A stretch of 12,160 bases of DNA from Chlamydiia bacterium (GTDB taxonomy: Bacteria; Chlamydiota; Chlamydiia; Chlamydiales; JBMOFD01): positions 1-12,160 of the forward strand of contig JBMOFD010000059.1 of assembly GCA_049314435.1 (NCBI GenBank). Direction: 5' to 3'. Position numbers and translations under genes: made by a program. The notes below the pieces were generated by a model. That model did no database searches and had not been told where the DNA came from. It saw only the letters and a list, made by a program, of their open reading frames with translations. This document shows positions 8,641 through 12,160 of the stretch, piece by piece. Each line of letters starts with the position of its first letter. Position 1 is the stretch's first letter.

Positions 8641-8668
8641 GCTTTGATCGGCGGGTCTTGGAAGCGGC
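8641..8668 (+). repeat. Direct repeat copy 1 flanking higA
   Basis: GCTTTGATCGGCGGGTC-TTGGAAGCGGC matches 9063-9091 at 27 of 29 aligned positions (1 mismatch, 1 indel). Confidence 0.85.
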
Positions 8669-8735
8669 CAGGGCACGCACGGTCCTGAATGTGTTGAGAT
8701 TGTAGACTATCATTAGCGGAGGGAGACTACGGGCT

Positions 8736-9038
8736 ATGATGCCGAGAAACAGAGCGCCTACTCCTCCTGGAGAAATCCTTCTTGAGGAATTTCTAAAGCC
8801 ATTGAACCTTTCTCAAGCGGGTCTAGCCGCACATTTGGGAGGATCTTGGACTCAGCCAAAGATCAGCGAGATCGTGAAGGGTAGACGCCGCGTCACCGAA
8901 GCCATTGCTCTAGATTTTTCTGATGCCTTTGGAACCACGCCCGAATTTTGGCTCGATCTACAAACGAAGCACGATCTGTGGATTGCCATCCAGGATCGTC
9001 GATCGATTCCCTTATTACCTGAGCTAGAAGCCATTTAG
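8736..9038 (+). CDS. higA: HigA/VapI-family addiction-module antitoxin (XRE-type HTH), orphan
   Basis: Signature PPGEIL.EEFLKPLNLSQ..LA..LG, ISEIVKG.R.VT...AL....FGTTPEFWL.LQ...DL. GGAGGGAG lies upstream of the tandem ATGs at 8736 and 8739. Confidence 0.93.
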   Translation: MMPRNRAPTPPGEILLEEFLKPLNLSQAGLAAHLGGSWTQPKISEIVKGRRRVTEAIALDFSDAFGTTPEFWLDLQTKHDLWIAIQDRRSIPLLPELEAI

Positions 9039-9062
9039 TCATCCCAAGCAGACCTAAGGACC

Positions 9063-9091
9063 GCTTTGACCGGCGGGTCGTTGGAAGCGGC
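9063..9091 (+). repeat. Direct repeat copy 2 flanking higA
   Basis: GCTTTGACCGGCGGGTCGTTGGAAGCGGC. With the two preceding bases it is internally self-complementary (CCGCTT...AAGCGG outer stem, GACC/GGTC inner stem). Confidence 0.85.
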
Positions 9092-9110
9092 GGGCGAGGT
9101 TTCGCCCGCC
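9089..9110. terminator. GC-rich hairpin between convergent higA and the MazG-SctV fusion gene
   Basis: Perfect 9-bp stem GGCGGGCGA / TCGCCCGCC with a GGTT loop, 14 nt past the fusion stop codon. U-tracts are weak. Confidence 0.5.
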
Positions 9111-9124
9111 AAGAGTTCTCTTGC

Positions 9125-10603
9125 CTAGCGGCTGTCGGACAGAGCTTCTAACATGGGGGACTGGATACGACCCAGTGGCTGGATACGAATCTCAGGTAGC
9201 ACCTCTTGGTAGGAGATCACCGCTGCTTCGGGAAACTCTGTCTCGACCAAGCGCTTGACAAAACGTCGCACGGTAGAACTGGTGAGGACCATCAGAGGAT
9301 GTCTGGTGGAGCGGTTCGGTTGGACGGCTGAACGAAAGGCATGTTTGATCAGCTCGAGTGTATCAGGGCCCAATCCGAGTCGAGATCCCGTGTTGGTCCT
9401 CGTGATCGATTTGGCGATCAGTTCCTCGATTCCTGGGTCCATGATGTACACCTCCAAGGTGGGCTCGCCTTGGCAGTACTTGTAGCTGATGTATCGAGCC
9501 ATCGATTCACGCGCGTGCTCTAGGAGTATCAGCACATCCTTCTCAATTTGAGCCTTGTCTGCCAAGGCCTCCAGGATCGTCCTTAGATCTTTGATAGAGA
9601 TCTCTTCCTCTACAAGTCGCTTGAAGATCTCCGTCAGCTTCTGCAGTGGAATGAGACGTCTGATCTCCTTCACCAGATCGGGGAGCGATTTCTCGACGAA
9701 GGCGAGCATGGCATGAACCTCTTGGATCCCCACGAACTCAGCGGCATATCGACGGTAGAACTGGGTTAGGTAGAGCGGCAGAATCTCGAGCGGTCCCCAG
9801 GACTTGAGCCCTGCTCGACTGAGTCTGTCGCTATACTGGTCTTCTACCCAGATCCTAGAGAATTCTTGCCCAGTAGAGGAGACCGTAAAGGGAATTTCCT
9901 CTTTCTCCAGAGTCTCCTCCGTTTCCCCTACCAGACGGTGGCCAGGCAGGATCTCAGCTTTGACTACAGGCACTTCGTTGAGAAGGATTCTGCATTCCCA
10001 CTCATTCAGCTTCACGGCGCTCGACCCTATGTGTGCTGCGGGAAAACGTACACCTAGATCTTGGTAGAGGTCGCTGCGCAGTTTGGGAATCTGCTGCTCA
10101 ATCAAAGTTCGACTCTCATCGTCTTGCAGGAGCAGCCGGCTAAGTCCGCTGCCCAACTCTACGATGACCGGCAAGGCAAGAGCATAGCCCTCCTCCTCTC
10201 GGGCAGGTGCGTTGGCTCTTTTGCTCTCCGGAGGGGAGACAACAGGTTCTGGGACACGAACTCGCTGGGCCTGGTGCGACAATGCCTGGGCAGCTTCGAC
10301 TGGGTAGCGCTTCTCTAGCTTGGTCAACTTTACTCTGGCCGCTTCCAGCGGATCGATGCCTAAGGCATCGGCCAGAGCCACAACGTTGATCAGCACATCT
10401 CCCAGTTCGTCGGAGACCTCCTGTAAGGTCTCCGAAGACAGCTGGCGACTGGACTCTTCTGTGAGCCATCTGAAGTGTTGCATCAGTTCAGCGGCTTCAG
10501 AAACCAGAGACATGGCGATGTTCTTGGGGGCATGGAACCGATCCCAGTCACGAGCGTCAAACACTAATTTTACGTTCTTGGAAAATTCTCTGAGATCGGA
10601 CAT
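9125..10603 (-). CDS. Fusion: N-terminal MazG-like (DCTPP1/RS21-C6 type) nucleotide pyrophosphohydrolase plus the C-terminal cytoplasmic FHIPEP domain of the T3SS export gate SctV (CdsV/LcrD); no transmembrane domain
   Basis: Residues 1-101 read RDWDRFHAPKN...EAAEL...F.W...DELGDV...LAD.LGID...K....KRYP. Residues ~102-138 are a Pro/Ala/Glu-rich linker. Residues ~139-482 carry YALALPVIVELG, IPKLRSDLYQDLGVRFP, ILLNEVP, EFVGIQEV, PDLVKEI.RLIPLQKLTEIFKRLV.E.ISIKDLRTILE, VRRFVKRLVETEFP and VISYQEVLPEIRIQPLGRI. SD-like GAGGT precedes the ATG. Confidence 0.93.
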   Translation of the reverse strand: MSDLREFSKNVKLVFDARDWDRFHAPKNIAMSLVSEAAELMQHFRWLTEESSRQLSSETLQEVSDELGDVLINVVALADALGIDPLEAARVKLTKLEKRYPVEAAQALSHQAQRVRVPEPVVSPPESKRANAPAREEEGYALALPVIVELGSGLSRLLLQDDESRTLIEQQIPKLRSDLYQDLGVRFPAAHIGSSAVKLNEWECRILLNEVPVVKAEILPGHRLVGETEETLEKEEIPFTVSSTGQEFSRIWVEDQYSDRLSRAGLKSWGPLEILPLYLTQFYRRYAAEFVGIQEVHAMLAFVEKSLPDLVKEIRRLIPLQKLTEIFKRLVEEEISIKDLRTILEALADKAQIEKDVLILLEHARESMARYISYKYCQGEPTLEVYIMDPGIEELIAKSITRTNTGSRLGLGPDTLELIKHAFRSAVQPNRSTRHPLMVLTSSTVRRFVKRLVETEFPEAAVISYQEVLPEIRIQPLGRIQSPMLEALSDSR

Positions 10604-10728
10604 GGCTACCTCTATGAGGCTAAGATTGAACCATTGATCGTGCCCGCTTGTCTACAGCTTGCGCGATGTAAGCAACAGATTCTGAGTTAGATAGTTCGTT
10701 CTCTGTGGTGATTCTGTAGCGCTTTTTC

Positions 10729-10737
10729 TGCTATCAT
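10729..10737 (+). promoter_or_regulatory. Putative extended -10 (TGnTATCAT) for ychJ
   Basis: TGCTATCAT lies 24 nt upstream of GTG 10762. It would put the TSS near 10744, downstream of the A of ATG 10741, which favours the GTG start. Confidence 0.4.
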
Positions 10738-10761
10738 CGAATGGATCTGGGTGGAGTTGCC

Positions 10762-11175
10762 GTGAGTAAAGAAACATCTGAACAATGTCCATGTCATAGC
10801 GGACTCCGCTACCAAGATTGCTGTCAGCGATGGCACCTGGGAGGGGTTCCCGAGACTCCCGAACAACTCATGCGCTCACGGTATGCCGCCTATGCTTTGG
10901 GTTTGGCGGACTACATCATGGCGACCACGTCGCCTCAACATCCCGATGGCAAGACTGACGCAACTCTGCGGAAAGAGCAGATCCTCGCCTTCTCCAAAAG
11001 CACTCAGTTCGTGGGACTCACCGTCTTGAGCGTGGCCCAACACGGAGAGAGAGGGGAGGTCACCTTCCGAGCTCTTCTTCGACAAGGCGGGGAGGATGCG
11101 TCGTTCACAGAACGTAGTTATTTCGAACGACATAACGGTCAATGGCTTTATGTGAGCGGCGAGATCCTCCCTTAG
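10762..11175 (+). CDS. ychJ: YchJ-family (UPF0225) protein with N-terminal SEC-C metal-binding motif
   Basis: CPCHSG..Y..CC...H, then P.TPEQLMRSRY.AY, YI..T..P, GL.V, V.F.A and ERS.F....G.WLYV.G. GGAG (10753-10756) lies 5 nt before GTG 10762; ATG 10741 is an alternative start. Confidence 0.93.
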   Translation: MSKETSEQCPCHSGLRYQDCCQRWHLGGVPETPEQLMRSRYAAYALGLADYIMATTSPQHPDGKTDATLRKEQILAFSKSTQFVGLTVLSVAQHGERGEVTFRALLRQGGEDASFTERSYFERHNGQWLYVSGEILP

Positions 11176-11424
11176 AGCGGATGAACCTATCTACGGATTA
11201 GCTAGGGCCCAGCCGAAGACAACAGCGGAAGGTAGAAATCCGTCTCCATATTGGGATCGGCGTTCCCAACGCGTCGTGATAGAGCGGCCTCTTCTCCGTC
11301 TCCAAACTTCGATGTAAAACTCTGATCATAAACGAGATGGGCGCTGTTGAACGGCTTTAAAACTTTTGGCTGGAAAAGTTTGATCACATTCTTTAAATCA
11401 GCTTCATACTTCAAGGAGAGCGCG

Positions 11425-12054
11425 GTGCTGGTTTTACAAAACGCATATAGAAATGGTTTCTTTCTGTATTTGCTTATGTGTGCGCCGTTGTGTGCATATG
11501 ACGATCGTTATTCACGGTCTTTTGGCTTAAACACTAGCGCTCACATAGCTGAGGATAGTGTGGTCGATCACATCACAGGAGAATTCGATAGATCGAAAAA
11601 TGGAATATGCGGACAAAAACGTGCAAAGTTGTCGTATTATTTATATACAGAGGATTTCATAAATAGTTTTATCGACATACCAACATCTAATGTTTCTGGT
11701 GGCAGTTCAACAATATCTTCTAAATATTTAGCTGGAAGAGCGCCGATTTACAACCGAAAGGGTAAAAAAGTGGGAACGTGCTCAGCTTCATTTCTATGTA
11801 TGCAAAATGCAGATGGCATATACACAGATATATCGAACTATTTGTCCGTTGATACAAATGGGCTCGTCATATCATGGTTTACTCCTACCAAACTACTCAA
11901 CCTAGAATTGGACAGCATCCTCCATTCGATGGTTACAGAGTGCATTGTTACGGCTTCCACTAAGATTGGGTTTAATCGATTTTACGGAGACACCTTCAAT
12001 ATGATTGTCTCGTCCGATGATCTGCGCATATATTTCAATCTAACTGAGATATAG
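11425..12054 (+). CDS. Hypothetical AT-rich, probably exported, beta-rich protein (209 aa)
   Basis: AAGGAG (11413-11418) lies 6 nt before GTG 11425. The N-terminus MLVLQNAYRNGFFLYLLMCAPLCA resembles a signal peptide. Sampled lines are about 28-37% GC, far below the backbone. Confidence 0.8.
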   Translation: MLVLQNAYRNGFFLYLLMCAPLCAYDDRYSRSFGLNTSAHIAEDSVVDHITGEFDRSKNGICGQKRAKLSYYLYTEDFINSFIDIPTSNVSGGSSTISSKYLAGRAPIYNRKGKKVGTCSASFLCMQNADGIYTDISNYLSVDTNGLVISWFTPTKLLNLELDSILHSMVTECIVTASTKIGFNRFYGDTFNMIVSSDDLRIYFNLTEI

Positions 12055-12160
12055 GAATCATCATACTAAAACATCTGATTAGTCTTGGATATAGTTTCGG
12101 TTCGGTTGTGTGATTGAGTATAGGTTCAGAGGCTCATGGCGTCTCCTCGCGGTGGGCCGA

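Noticed and set aside
8617..8735. higB toxin upstream of higA
   Set aside because: Only ~120 nt are available and no RelE/HigB-like ORF or remnant is visible. The downstream gap is 86 nt.
8641..9091. Integron attC sites or IS target-site duplication
   Set aside because: The repeats lack RYYYAAC...GTTRRRY ends and are longer than typical target duplications. No integrase or transposase is in the window.
9125..10603. Ordinary full-length sctV/flhA, or a frameshifted sctV pseudogene
   Set aside because: No membrane domain is encoded in the ORF or upstream; only ~140-160 nt separate it from divergent ychJ. The N-terminus is a recognisable MazG-like domain in frame, with no stops or shifts.
3..10603. 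A single defence island made of yhcG, the nucleotidase, higA and the MazG fusion
   Set aside because: The genes are on mixed strands and interleaved with core-type genes (clpB, the TPR protein). Nothing in the sequence shows operonic or mobile unity.
10608..10620. Small hairpin covering the SD of the fusion gene (GCCTC-ATA-GAGGT on the minus strand)
   Set aside because: Only 4-5 bp with a 3-nt loop, too weak to claim translational control.
1356..10637. Numerous 60-160-aa antisense or alternate-frame ORFs inside clpB, the nucleotidase, the TPR gene and the fusion gene
   Set aside because: These are shadow ORFs expected in GC-rich coding DNA, with no motifs or start signals.
11202..11414. 70-aa minus-strand ORF between ychJ and the AT-rich gene
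   Set aside because: It has a TTG start overlapping the SD of the opposite gene, no SD of its own and no recognisable motif. It could be a gene relic, but I cannot support that.
12136..12160. Possible start of a further + strand gene at ATG 12136
   Set aside because: Only 8 codons are visible and the SD-like AGAGG is just 3 nt from the ATG, so it cannot be supported.

Overview
The window is most likely from a Chlamydiota genome with a moderately GC-rich backbone. The taxonomy is my inference from recall: the ClpB, the transglutaminase-like/TPR protein and the SctV domain all resemble chlamydial proteins. Gene order is: 5'-truncated yhcG-family nuclease (+), clpB (-), exported 5'-nucleotidase (+), small exported hypothetical (+), lower-GC 320-aa hypothetical (-), G-rich tandem repeat, transglutaminase-like/TPR protein (-), orphan higA between ~28-bp direct repeats (+), a 492-aa fusion (-), ychJ (+) and an AT-rich exported hypothetical (+). 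The standout is the fusion at 9125..10603. It joins a MazG/DCTPP1-like nucleotide pyrophosphohydrolase, through a Pro-rich linker, to the complete cytoplasmic domain of the type III secretion export gate SctV/CdsV. The membrane domain is absent and no other T3SS gene lies in the window. I saw no tRNA, rRNA, CRISPR array or transposase. All family assignments come from motif recognition; no database search was run.
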